DNA of 64,000 nt from Bacillota bacterium (GCA_050951805.1 JBMNJT010000004.1:32001-96000); one strand, 5' to 3'. Positions 26,902-36,548 are shown, counted from the first letter of the stretch. A program made the numbers and translations. Notes: generated by a model from the sequence alone, not told the origin.

Positions 26902-28057
26902 CGGGCGTCACCTCCCCGGCTACGATGGAGAATACCGCGGCACCGCGCGGCATCAAATCCCTACACCCTGGCTCCACGCTGGTAACAAGAACTTGATTGT
27001 CCCCTACTATCTCTCCCAAAAGATTAGTCCTGCGAGTCTCATCCAATTCTGAGAGAACATCGTCTAGAAGAAGCACTGGCATATCCCCAGTATGCGCTCT
27101 TATGAAATTTGCCTCGGCAAGCTTGACCGCAAGCACTGTCGACCTTTGTTGCCCTTGGGACCCATAGGTAGCTACGTCTGCCCCATCAAGCTGGAAACTG
27201 ATGTCATCGCGGTGTGGACCGACCATGGTTACCCCTCTGATCAGCTCCACCTTGCGCAATTGTCGCAGGCGCGCGCGATATCTTTCGGCAATCCAGTCAA
27301 CCGTCGCCTCGCTTGTTGAACCTTGCTCGTCCGCAGAAAGAGGTACCGAAGGCAAGTATCTCACGGAAAGCGCCCCAGGAACTCCCGTAATCCTGTAGTG
27401 GGCCTCACGCCCCAGCTCGTCAAGGCTGGCTACAACTTGCATTCGACGGGCTGTTATCTTCGATCCGGTCTCGATCAACTGCTCGTCCCATGATTCGAGA
27501 AGCCTGCTCGCGGCGGCCGAATCGCTCCGCCAATTTCTTTCCCTAGCCTGCTTCAGCAGAGCATTTCTCTGCGTAACGATCTTGGAATAAAGGTTGATCA
27601 ATTGCCTATAAGCGGGGCTCACCTGGGATATCTCCAGATCCAGAAACTTCCGCCTCACAGAAGGGCTCCCTTTGACCAGCGCAAGGTCGTCGGGGGTAAA
27701 AAGCACCACGTTGAGAAAAGATGACAGCTCCGCAGCGCGAATCCTTTCCGTGCCGTTGAGCCTCACGAGCTTTCTTCCATCTGTGGAATAACTGACTTCC
27801 AACGTCACAGGGGCGGGCTTGCGCTGGACGTCTACGGCGACCCTATAATACGAACTCCCCTTTTGGACAAGTTCGGAATCGGATGAGGCGCGATATGAGC
27901 GGCCCGCAGAGGCAACGTACACAGCCTCTAGAAGGTTAGTCTTTCCTTGTGCATTGTGCCCCAAAAACAGGTTGAGCCCAGGGTCGAAAGTCACCGACTC
28001 TTTGCTGTAGTTTCGGAAGCCACTCAACTGGATATTCCTCACCCACACGCTTGTCAC
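26801..28057 (-). CDS. recF: DNA replication/repair protein RecF
   Basis: FRNY, GHNAQGKTNLLEA, GPHRDD, GSQGQQR, LLLDDVLSELD. Confidence 0.97.
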   Translation of the reverse strand: MTSVWVRNIQLSGFRNYSKESVTFDPGLNLFLGHNAQGKTNLLEAVYVASAGRSYRASSDSELVQKGSSYYRVAVDVQRKPAPVTLEVSYSTDGRKLVRLNGTERIRAAELSSFLNVVLFTPDDLALVKGSPSVRRKFLDLEISQVSPAYRQLINLYSKIVTQRNALLKQARERNWRSDSAAASRLLESWDEQLIETGSKITARRMQVVASLDELGREAHYRITGVPGALSVRYLPSVPLSADEQGSTSEATVDWIAERYRARLRQLRKVELIRGVTMVGPHRDDISFQLDGADVATYGSQGQQRSTVLAVKLAEANFIRAHTGDMPVLLLDDVLSELDETRRTNLLGEIVGDNQVLVTSVEPGCRDLMPRGAAVFSIVAGEVTPDDASHRGCSGKEHGQDGIHRPDPGDIRHASVER

Positions 28058-28311
28058 ACATCCTCCTTGCCAGACCCGGAGCTGCCGCCAGATACGATGG
28101 TAACCACTACATCTGCGAACTCGAGGACGTCGCCGTCCCTAAGTTTCCTTCCGCGTCTGAACTCAGCGGCTCCATTCACCTTCGCCCAGCCCGAATGGAT
28201 GGCCATCTTGGCCTCTCCGCCCGATCCGACCAGCGCAGCAAGTTTGAGCGCCTGGTCGAGCTCTATATATTCAGTCTCTATTTCCAAAGTCATGTTTTTC
28301 ATGCGTCCCAT
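28054..28311 (-). CDS. yaaA: S4-domain RNA-binding protein YaaA
   Basis: YIELDQALK, SGGEAK, VNG..E.RRGRKL..GD. Confidence 0.92.
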   Translation of the reverse strand: MGRMKNMTLEIETEYIELDQALKLAALVGSGGEAKMAIHSGWAKVNGAAEFRRGRKLRDGDVLEFADVVVTIVSGGSSGSGKEDV

Positions 28312-28315
28312 CTCA

Positions 28316-29452
28316 TCACACCGGCGCCGTTACAGGCATCAGAAGATAAGTGTACGCAGGATCCGTCTCGTCCGTAACCTCTATTGGATGCCTGTAGCTG
28401 GTGTAGCCTAAGCACACCTCTTCCCCGTCGAGCACCCTGAGCACGTCCCGCAGGTATCTTGCGCGCATGGCCACGGTGACCTCTGCGTGGCCGATCATGG
28501 ACACAGGTATGTCTTCTTTGCCCTCTCCGACCTCGGGTGTGGCAGCGGTGATTGTCAAAAAGCCCGAGGCCATTCCCTCATCACCGGTATACGACATCCT
28601 GATGGCGCTCAATTCGTCCTTGCACATCAGAGATACCCTGTCTACGCTGTCCAAAAGCTGCAGGCGATCGCAGATTATCTTTGCCGGTATATTCTGCGGG
28701 AAAACCTGCTTGTAATTGGGGAATTGTCCTTCCAACAGTCGTGTCACGTAAGTCGTGGGCCCTATCCGAAACATTGCATGGTTTTTCTCGATGGCTATCG
28801 AGACTTCCCTCTCCCCGGTGTCATTGAGGTTTCTCTCCACTTCGAGAAGGGCCTTGGCCGGGATTATCACGTCAATTGGCTCTTCAAGATCGAACGATGC
28901 CTGCGCTTTCCTGTATGCAAGCCTGAATGAATCGGTGGCCACCATGGTCAGCGAGTCCTTTTCGAACAGCATGTAGATGCCCTTAAAAAAAGCCCTGGCA
29001 TCGTCGACTGCCGCCGCAGGAATGGTGCGCCTGATCATGGTCTTGAGCTCGCTTTCTGGCATAGACCAGCTATTTGCTTCCGAAATCTCCGGCAATGCGG
29101 GAAACTCCGCAGCCGGCATGGTTTTCACGGTAAAGTCCGCTCTTCCGGCGGATATGCTCACAGATTGGCTCTCCTCCCGATACTCAAGAATGACTTCTGA
29201 CTGCGGAAGCTTTCTCGAGATATCGGAGAAATACTTGGCGGGGATTACTGTCGACCCCTCTGTTCCAACAGTAACCGGAACAAATGTCTCGATGCCCAGT
29301 TCGTCCAGGTCGTATGCTACCAACCTCAGGCCTTGTGTGCAAGTTTCCACAAGCACTCCTGAAAGCGCTTGGATGGTAGCCTTAGGAGAGACCGCCTTGT
29401 ACACGGTCTGAACTCCGCTGACCAAAGCTGCCTTGGAGCATGATACCTTCAC
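28316..29452 (-). CDS. dnaN: DNA polymerase III beta clamp
   Basis: VATDSFRLA, LLEGQFPNY, YLLMPV; GTG start after GGGGAGGT. Confidence 0.96.
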   Translation of the reverse strand: MKVSCSKAALVSGVQTVYKAVSPKATIQALSGVLVETCTQGLRLVAYDLDELGIETFVPVTVGTEGSTVIPAKYFSDISRKLPQSEVILEYREESQSVSISAGRADFTVKTMPAAEFPALPEISEANSWSMPESELKTMIRRTIPAAAVDDARAFFKGIYMLFEKDSLTMVATDSFRLAYRKAQASFDLEEPIDVIIPAKALLEVERNLNDTGEREVSIAIEKNHAMFRIGPTTYVTRLLEGQFPNYKQVFPQNIPAKIICDRLQLLDSVDRVSLMCKDELSAIRMSYTGDEGMASGFLTITAATPEVGEGKEDIPVSMIGHAEVTVAMRARYLRDVLRVLDGEEVCLGYTSYRHPIEVTDETDPAYTYLLMPVTAPV

Positions 29453-29489
29453 CTTGCTATACCTCCCCACTGACCTGATTTCCAGGCAC

Positions 29490-29720
29490 ATGCATATATA
29501 AGTACTACTATGAGTACATATGTACATTTACCGTAGTAGTAGTATACGTGCCTGTGGATATCTGGATAAGTGTCGAATTTCATGGGTTATGCTGCCCGTC
29601 TGTTCCCTGTGTCACTGTAGACAGATTGTTGATTACTTGTGGAGCAGATGGAGAGTTATCATCAGTTATCCACAGGGGTTTTTTCTTTCCACACGCTTTC
29701 CACAGCCTTTTCACATGTTG
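29490..29720. promoter_or_regulatory. oriC unwinding region: DnaA boxes, DnaA-trios and AT-rich tract
   Basis: Minus strand TTATCCAGA/ATATCCACA-GGC-ACGTA-TACTACTACTAC (29533-29569); further boxes TTATCCACA, TTTCCACA and TTTTCACA up to ~29715. Confidence 0.88.
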
Positions 29721-29740
29721 TTAACTACATAATCAACAGC

Positions 29741-31225
29741 TCAACTGCTCTTCAATCTGGCGACTATTTCCTTGATGTTCGCGTTCATGGTTGAGTCCTT
29801 TTTCAGCTCGTTTTGAATCTTGTCATAGGCGTGAATCACAGTTGTATGATCCCGTCCACCGAATTCCTCGCCTATCTTCGGCAGCGAAAGCTCTGTGAGC
29901 TCACGGCAAAGATACATGGCGATCTGTCGTGGCAAGGCTACAGTGCGGACCCTCGTCTTTGACACCATTTCCGATACTTCCAGGTGGTAGTAGTCTGCCA
30001 CTGTTCGCTGTATTAGCTCCACCGATATCTGCTTTGGCCGAGAGGATGGTATCATGTCCTGGATTACCTCTGCGGCAAGCTGTGTAGTTATCTCGCGATT
30101 AGTCAGGGCGGCACAGGCCGTTACTCGGATGAGCGCTCCCTCCAGCTCACGTATGTTCGAATGTATCTGGCCCGCTATATACACCAGCACGTCGTTGGGA
30201 ACGTCAAGACCCTCCGACACAGCTTTCTTCTTCAGAATTGCGATCCTTGTCTCAAGGTCGGGAGTGCCTATATCCGTAATCAGGCCCCACTCAAATCGCG
30301 ATCGCAGCCTTGCTTCGAGCGTGGCAATTTCTTTCGGGGGTCGATCAGACGAGAGCACTATCTGCTTTCCCGACTCGTAGAGAGTGTTGAAGGTATGGAA
30401 GAACTCTTCCTGAGTGCGTTCTTTTCCGGCGAGGAACTGAATATCATCTATCATCAGGACATCCACGTTGCGATATCGCTCGCGAAACTGAATAGTCGTT
30501 TCAAAGCGAATCGAGTTTATTAGCTCATTTGTGAATTGCTCGCAAGGAACGTATACTACCTTGGCATAAGGGTTGATCTCCAACACATGATGGCCTATGG
30601 CCTGCATCAAGTGGGTCTTTCCCAATCCCACTCCGCCGTATATGAAGAGCGGGTTGTAGGCCTTCCCAGGCGCTTCGGAAACGGCAAGCGCAGCCGCGTG
30701 GGCGAACCTGTTGGAGTTGCCCACTACAAAAGACTCGAAAGTATACTTCGGATTTAGCGCCGGTGTAGAGAAGTCATCGAAGGCTCTCGCTTCAGCCTGC
30801 GTTTGGGCGTATGTTCCAGAAGTCGCTGCCGCTTCGTCGACTCCCATGCCTGATGCGGCATTTGCGTCCAACGCGTTAGCGGGCGACGGCTCTCGGGTCG
30901 CAGGGTTTGCGCGATTGCCCATCTCGTAAGAATCTTCGCTTACGGCTCCATCTCCGTTTTCTCCATCAGCCGAACTTTCCCTAGCAATAAACCTCACCGT
31001 TATTTTCCGGCCCACCATGGATGACATGGTTTCTGACAGCAATGCTGCGTATCGCATTTCCAGCCAGTCACGGGCAAAGTCGTGCGGAACCGGCACTTCT
31101 ACGATGTCGTCGGAGACGACAACGGGGACACTGGTCTTGAGCCATGCGTCAAAGCTTGGCCTCGACAGCTCGCTTTCGAGGACCTGAAGAACGTCCATCC
31201 AAATTGCATTTATCTCTTGGGACAC
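29741..31225 (-). CDS. dnaA: Chromosomal replication initiator DnaA
   Basis: YTFESFVVGNSN, YNPLFIYGGVGLGKTHL, IDDIQF, GGRDHTTVIHA; GTG start after GAGGGG. Confidence 0.98.
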   Translation of the reverse strand: MSQEINAIWMDVLQVLESELSRPSFDAWLKTSVPVVVSDDIVEVPVPHDFARDWLEMRYAALLSETMSSMVGRKITVRFIARESSADGENGDGAVSEDSYEMGNRANPATREPSPANALDANAASGMGVDEAAATSGTYAQTQAEARAFDDFSTPALNPKYTFESFVVGNSNRFAHAAALAVSEAPGKAYNPLFIYGGVGLGKTHLMQAIGHHVLEINPYAKVVYVPCEQFTNELINSIRFETTIQFRERYRNVDVLMIDDIQFLAGKERTQEEFFHTFNTLYESGKQIVLSSDRPPKEIATLEARLRSRFEWGLITDIGTPDLETRIAILKKKAVSEGLDVPNDVLVYIAGQIHSNIRELEGALIRVTACAALTNREITTQLAAEVIQDMIPSSRPKQISVELIQRTVADYYHLEVSEMVSKTRVRTVALPRQIAMYLCRELTELSLPKIGEEFGGRDHTTVIHAYDKIQNELKKDSTMNANIKEIVARLKSS

Positions 31226-31248
31226 TTTGTCACCCCTCATTTGGACCA

Positions 31249-32481
31249 TCACCTAAAGACATAGCTGAGGAAGTCAACACCCCGCCTCGTAAGCTTTCGC
31301 TTGCCCCCTTCGAGGCTGACTACGAGTCCCAATTCCTCTAGGGTCACTAGATCGCGATATGCCGTGCTAAGGCTTATGTCAAGCTCTTTTGTGACAACTG
31401 AAGGCCCTATCTCCCCCATCTCTGCAATAAGCAAGAACACCTTCTTCTGGCGTGAGGAGAGCAAGGCGCCGAGAGCCTCATCTGACATATCAGAGGATTG
31501 AGATGTGGATGGGGGTTCCTCATCTCGCCTTTTCTTCGACTGATCTGCCGCCGAATCCTGCTTCTCGACGGATAAAGTGGCTCTGCCTTCGTCAGCTATG
31601 TTTTCCATATCAATGGAGTCGGATTCGTTGTAGACGGCCGAAGATGTCTGTGAAATCTCGGTTCTCGGATCCCGTTGTGGCCTGGCATCCCCTGGCCCCT
31701 CGGCGAAGATGTGTCCATCTCCGTCTTGAGGATGGCCAATAAAGATGCCCTGAGTAGGCGGGTGATAGGCGCCGGAAATGTCCTGGCGCGAGCTCCACGC
31801 CGCTTCTGTAAACCCTTGTGCAATCTGGGCTGGTTGCATATGGGCGGGATCATGCCGTACAGGCTGGGATGAACCAGCAGTTTGTTGCAAAACTCTGTCA
31901 GGTTTCGGCGACACGCCGCCGCGAGCTGTACCGGGAGAGGAACATAGCGTGACCACGAGACCTGAACCCAGATTGTCCTCGACAGTGAGGAAACCTCCTA
32001 AGGACTCTAAAGATTCAATCATTATAGGGAAACCGGAGCCCACTCCCTTTATCAACTTCCTGTCGTCGGCCGTTGCTGAGGTAAAACCGGGCATCATAGC
32101 CTGGCTCTTAGCGGGTATGCCAGGTCCATGATCTGATATGCGCACAACATTGCCATCGGGCATGATCGTAATTACTGCATCTTTGAATCCGGCGTGTATC
32201 AGGTTTTCGATGGCTTCCCTCAGAACAACAAAGGGCATGGATCCCCCTTTTTCTTTGCAGAAGGCGTATACCCTGGATGATGCTTCATCCACAAAGGACG
32301 CAAAGCTATCGGATGAGAGATCAATTGTGCGAGGGAGAATCGACATTGAATCATAAGTTGCTATGCGCAATGTGTACGCCGGAGCGGACTCAGGCGCTAT
32401 TGCCGATACTTCGGCGACCGAGTCCTCTGTCTGGCTTTTCTCTCCATTCATCCTGCCAAATAGGAACTTGAACAAAGCCAC
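31249..32481 (-). CDS. Uncharacterised GHKL (HATPase_c) ATPase plus C-terminal winged-HTH protein
   Basis: N-box REAIENLIHA, G1 DHGPGI, G2 GFTS...GVGSG; wHTH LSSRQKKV...ELDISLSTAYRDLVTLEELGLV; AGGAGG SD 8 nt before GTG 32481 (ATG 32487 is an alternative). Confidence 0.85.
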   Translation of the reverse strand: MALFKFLFGRMNGEKSQTEDSVAEVSAIAPESAPAYTLRIATYDSMSILPRTIDLSSDSFASFVDEASSRVYAFCKEKGGSMPFVVLREAIENLIHAGFKDAVITIMPDGNVVRISDHGPGIPAKSQAMMPGFTSATADDRKLIKGVGSGFPIMIESLESLGGFLTVEDNLGSGLVVTLCSSPGTARGGVSPKPDRVLQQTAGSSQPVRHDPAHMQPAQIAQGFTEAAWSSRQDISGAYHPPTQGIFIGHPQDGDGHIFAEGPGDARPQRDPRTEISQTSSAVYNESDSIDMENIADEGRATLSVEKQDSAADQSKKRRDEEPPSTSQSSDMSDEALGALLSSRQKKVFLLIAEMGEIGPSVVTKELDISLSTAYRDLVTLEELGLVVSLEGGKRKLTRRGVDFLSYVFR

Positions 32482-32519
32482 TTGCATAGCCTCCTGGCTT
32501 CAACACTCTCCGCTCCACT

Positions 32520-32955
32520 ATTTCATCCACAGGTTATCCACACGAAAATGTGGATAACTTTAGCGCCAGCTAAAATGGTCCGGAATTGATCGACAATTAT
32601 TGACTATTGCTCGAATGCTGCTAGTCGGGTTTACAAGATTCTCGAAATATCACGTTTTCACCATGAAGTTATCCACAACGTTTTCCACAGCTGTTGAAAA
32701 GTCGTCGGAAAGCGGAGTCCGCATATTGTTTATAACATATCATCCACAAGTATTCCACAGAGACCTGTGGATATCCTACCGCCAGCAGATTCGGGGCGAA
32801 CATATGTTTTAGCTGGCTTTTCGCCAGTCAAAGGCGGCTTTCACAATTATCCACAGATGGTTTTGGGAAAGTTTTTGCCCGAATATCGGCGGTTGTGGGA
32901 AATCCACGAACTTCACACAGGTTATCCACAGGGATATCCACAGACTGTGCATAAA
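32520..32955. promoter_or_regulatory. Upstream oriC DnaA-box cluster
   Basis: Perfect TTATCCACA or its reverse at 32534, 32549, 32669, 32847 and 32922, plus near-matches at 32523, 32681, 32740, 32766, 32934 and 32946. Confidence 0.92.
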
Positions 32956-34256
32956 AGGGCGCATAACTGGCGATAATCATTGGTGTATGAATTCGCGAGC
33001 GAAAAGTCGGTATGTTTGTACACACTATCATAACAGAGCGAGAAGAGATCAAATCGAGCAACACAGCTTTTCACTACTACAACGCCTCAATGCCCGGCAA
33101 TATATGGCGTGAGACAGCGGACCCTTTGGCGCGGGTTTGCAGCGATAATGGGATGAAACTGATCATCGCGGGTGATCCACAAAGAGTTACCGGCGATCGA
33201 GGCTTGATAAGTCGGGATGCATTCTTGCAAGATCCACGAGCATCTATTGCTAAGAGTGAGCGCTTTGGTTGCCAATTGAGCCGAAATGCTTCTTGCGAGT
33301 TGTCCACAGCATGTGAATTGTCAGTTTTTGGAATGGACAGAAGCAGATGCGACTTATCAGAATGTGACAAACTGGAGAACTCAAAGAGTGAGGCTGCAAT
33401 AAATAGGTAGGATCGTGGCTAGTGGCCGACTTTGTCTCCGAGATTGAGAGAAGATACAATGAGCTGCGTGATGGAAGGTGCGCAGCACTAAGATGGGCTG
33501 AGTGTTGAAAAGCGCAGATGAGCAGAGATCACGGGGAAAGGGATATGAGGCAAGACAGGCTTTGGGGTAATCGTCAAACAGTGCCCGCCTGGGTTGATGC
33601 CCTGGAGTGTGCAATAATCCTCCTCGAGGAGACAAGCTTGGGGAGGTTTATCTATGTCAAAGAGTAAAGGTGAATAGATGTGGAAGGCAAGGATTGCCGA
33701 ATTCAAGGCTAGATGGATGAGCGGCAGGAATCGGTGCGGGTGTGCATAAGAACTGCAAAAGGATCTTCATGGTTCTGAAAGTGTTTGAGGGACTCCTGTG
33801 AGCAGCGCTCAAAAGGCACTTGGGGGTTTGGGGCGGCTGAGGCCCGAAGAAAAGCAAATGCAGATACGGAGATGGCACAACAACTGAAAATGGATCACAT
33901 TGAAAGGAATGCGAAACTCGCAAAGATCTGTTTCGGTTGGCGAGCCATCTTGGATTTGAGGGACGGCTGACAATCCGTTTCCCCCATGGGAAAAGCCCGT
34001 TTTGCAGCACGAAAAACAGGGCAACCGGCCCAAAGTGTAAAATGTTGCAAATAGTCCAAACAACGTGGATAGAACCACAAAAGCAGTTGTTTCGCTGGAA
34101 TGAAGCTGTTGAGAAATTGGGCGATTTGGGACAATTGAAGCTTGTTATAGACTACCTGCCTGACGAAGAGTTGATGCAAGCGTTAGAAAAAGTACGGGGC
34201 AATGGAAGGCATCATCTTTTAATATAAGACTACCGAGGGCCTTTGTCGGGGCTAAT

Positions 34257-35456
34257 TATAGGTAAAAAACCTCAAAGTGCAATCATGATGCCTTGAAGTA
34301 CGACCTGGCGTCCACGCGCCTTCTCACTTTGCTTGGTGTGTTGTAGGCGTATTCGAAAAACTTGCGTATCCTCTGTGGCAGCTCCTTGTCAACTGCATAC
34401 GCACTCTCTCGGGCGCAGTAGTCCCAGGGCCAAGCCCACATGTTCTCCTCTGGGTTCAGCTCTGGAGAATACGGGGGCAAGAAAATGAAATGGAGCCTAC
34501 CCTGGTATTTGCGCTCATACTCGGACGCTATGGACCTGTGGGGCGGGTAGTTGTCCATTATCATCCATACCTCTTTATCGGGGTTCCTGCGCATCAGCTT
34601 ATCGATAAACCGGCCTACATGCGGCGCCTTTATGCCTTCCCGGGATGAGTATATGGAGTAGTAGGGCTTGAAGGTCTTGAGTATCTCCGTAGCGCCTATG
34701 ACGTTGACTCCCTTGTGGTCCCCATTTGCCTCTGCATAGAGGGGAAGGCCTTTGGGAGCCCATCCGTAGAAATTGCTGGACTCCAGTCTGATTCCGGTCT
34801 CATCCAGGGCGAACAGGCAAACGTCATCTCTTTGGGAAAGCTCATCCACTAGTGCAGCAGCCCCTTTTCGAAGGATTCCTGGGCCTCCTTGTTCGCCCTC
34901 GAGGGGCGCTTGGTGCTTCTCTTGTGGGAATAGCCAAGCTTGTGCAGTATCTGCCGAATCCACTCATAGGAGTACTTCTTTCCGTAAGTATCAAAGATGT
35001 ACCTTTGAAGCACCCGGGTATCCCACCGGTTCTTGCTGTATCCATGATCCCTTGGGCTACGGTTCCTAACCGCATCGTCTACATCCTGAAGCATCTCCTC
35101 GGTGAATGAACTCTGGCTGCCGCCTCTGTGATCTATCGTGGCCTCCATGCCTTGCTTGTTCCACCGATTCACGTATCTCCAGACGGAGACACGCGAACAT
35201 CCAAGCGTCTGGGCTATGGTTTCCGCAGGGATGCCCTGAAGCGTCATGACCACTGCAGTCAGCGTTTGACGCGTATATGGTTTCTCGGCATGCGCCGCAA
35301 GCTTCGCAATCTCGTCGATTCCGAGTCCGTGCGTATTCGTAACTTTCATCCTTGGCATTGGCATGTGCAGTCTCTCCCTTCAGCTGTTAGCCATTATACC
35401 AGCTAACGTGGCCTATGGGAGCTGGAAACTGTTCACTGCCGGGTTGCTTAGCTATA
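34257..35456 (-). mobile_element. IS630-family insertion sequence (~1.2 kb)
   Basis: TA at both ends; imperfect TIRs TATAGGTAAAAAACCTCAAAGTG vs TATAGCTAAGCAACCCGGCAGTG (16/23 match); HTH and DDE ORFs. Confidence 0.88.
34283..35364 (-). CDS. IS630 transposase (ORFA 34849-35364 HTH; ORFB DDE, joined by a predicted -1 frameshift)
   Basis: LDETG, MDNYPPH and PPYSPELNPEE triad; slippery A_AAG_GGG at 34861-34867. Confidence 0.88.
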
Positions 35457-35850
35457 GAAAAGGAGCTATGCCAGGTTTGCGGCCTCGACATTACGCTGGG
35501 CGTGGAGGAAGCCCCCGCGTCGTCGGCATACACGAGATTCTTGTGCAACCCGATGAAGCATCAAGAAGGTTGATAGATTTGGGCAGGACAAAAACCAAAC
35601 AGGGGGATAGATTGCGTAGCCCTGTACAGGCTGTATAAAAGCAGCCTTTGACAAATTGAACAATGAGATGGGAGTGCGGTTACGTGAAGGTGCCCCTCTT
35701 CCCCCAGGGGGAGCCAAAAACCGCCTTCTGACACCTATCTCGGCAAATGATGCTCCTTCATTGCCAGGGAGGAAGCTGCTCTTGCTAAACTGTCTAACTC
35801 GCCTGCGCGGGAAATCCGCTACAACCCAAATCACGCGTCCTTGCGATTCC

Positions 35851-35879
35851 TTGACACCAATATGGGCCTAGCATATAAT
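35851..35879 (+). promoter_or_regulatory. Consensus SigA promoter for rpmH
   Basis: TTGACA-N17-TATAAT. Confidence 0.9.
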
Positions 35880-35924
35880 TTACGCGGTATGCTGCCGGTG
35901 AGCTTGCAGGGAGGATAAGTTGAG

Positions 35925-36059
35925 ATGAAAAGGACATATCAGCCTAAAGTTAGGCGTCGAAACCGAGTCCATGGATATAGGAAGCGCATGAGCACGCCAG
36001 CGGGCCGCAACGTGATTAGGCGCCGCAGGGCGAAGGGGCGCAAGCGACTTACGGTGTAG
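35925..36059 (+). CDS. rpmH: 50S ribosomal protein L34 (not in the ORF track)
   Basis: [44 protein letters not shown]; GGGAGG SD. Confidence 0.98.
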   Translation: MKRTYQPKVRRRNRVHGYRKRMSTPAGRNVIRRRRAKGRKRLTV

Positions 36060-36081
36060 GCGCAGGGCGTCGCTGGTTTCT

Positions 36082-36107
36082 GGCCGTCGTCGGACGGCTT
36101 TTCCTTT
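36082..36107 (+). terminator. Terminator-like hairpin after rpmH
   Basis: GGCCGTC-GTCG-GACGGCT followed by TTTCCTTT. Confidence 0.55.
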
Positions 36108-36170
36108 AGTGGACACTCCCTATTAAATGCAGGGTGTTCTGTCTTCATTGGGCTGTTAGGAGGCCCGCCA

Positions 36171-36548
36171 ATGCCAACAGTGAGTTTGCGTCGAACTTCA
36201 GATTTTCAAAGAGCTTTCCGCGAAGGCAAGAGCGCCGCAGGACAGTATGTAGTGGTGTACGCTGTGCCTAATGGCTTGCCTGAAGTTCGCCTGGGGTACC
36301 CTGTGGGAAAGAAACTGGGCGGCGCTGTCAAGCGTAATCGTATAAAGAGGCTGTTGAGGGAAGCTGCGCGCCTCGCGCCCAACATGCCTGTCAGGGGATA
36401 TGACATGGTCTTCGTGCCGAGGCGAAAGATTGCAGATCCGAAAGTGCGCTGCCATGATGTTATTGGTGATTTGGAGAAGGTTCTTGACAGACTATTGCTC
36501 GAAACTGAGTTGGGAGAGCCGAGAAGCTGTGGCGGATCGGATGTATGA
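36171..36548 (+). CDS. rnpA: Ribonuclease P protein component
   Basis: KKLGGAVKRNRIKRLLRE (RNR motif). Confidence 0.96.
   Translation: MPTVSLRRTSDFQRAFREGKSAAGQYVVVYAVPNGLPEVRLGYPVGKKLGGAVKRNRIKRLLREAARLAPNMPVRGYDMVFVPRRKIADPKVRCHDVIGDLEKVLDRLLLETELGEPRSCGGSDV

Larger units (their letters stand above)
34060..35640 (+). pseudogene. Decayed transposase remnant (IS1182/IS5-like), split by IS630
   Basis: Fragments PQKQLFRW..LGDL..LKLVIDYLPDEELM..RGNGR / GIIF*YKTTEGL | ELCQVCG..AYTRFL..MKHQ / LGRTKTKQGDRLRSPVQA with stops, frameshifts and deletions; family assigned from recall. Confidence 0.7.

Noticed and set aside
31249-32487. Calling the GHKL protein a sensor histidine kinase
   Set aside because: No H-box/DHp domain, no sensor domain and no response regulator nearby
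32520-32955. CRISPR-like or tandem repeat array
   Set aside because: The repeats are 9-bp DnaA boxes with irregular spacing and mixed orientation; no cas genes
33238-35755. GAGCATCTATTGCTAAGA / TCTCGGCAAATGATGCTC as terminal inverted repeats of the decayed IS
   Set aside because: Only a 14/18 match, and the left copy is ~800 bp from the transposase start; may be chance
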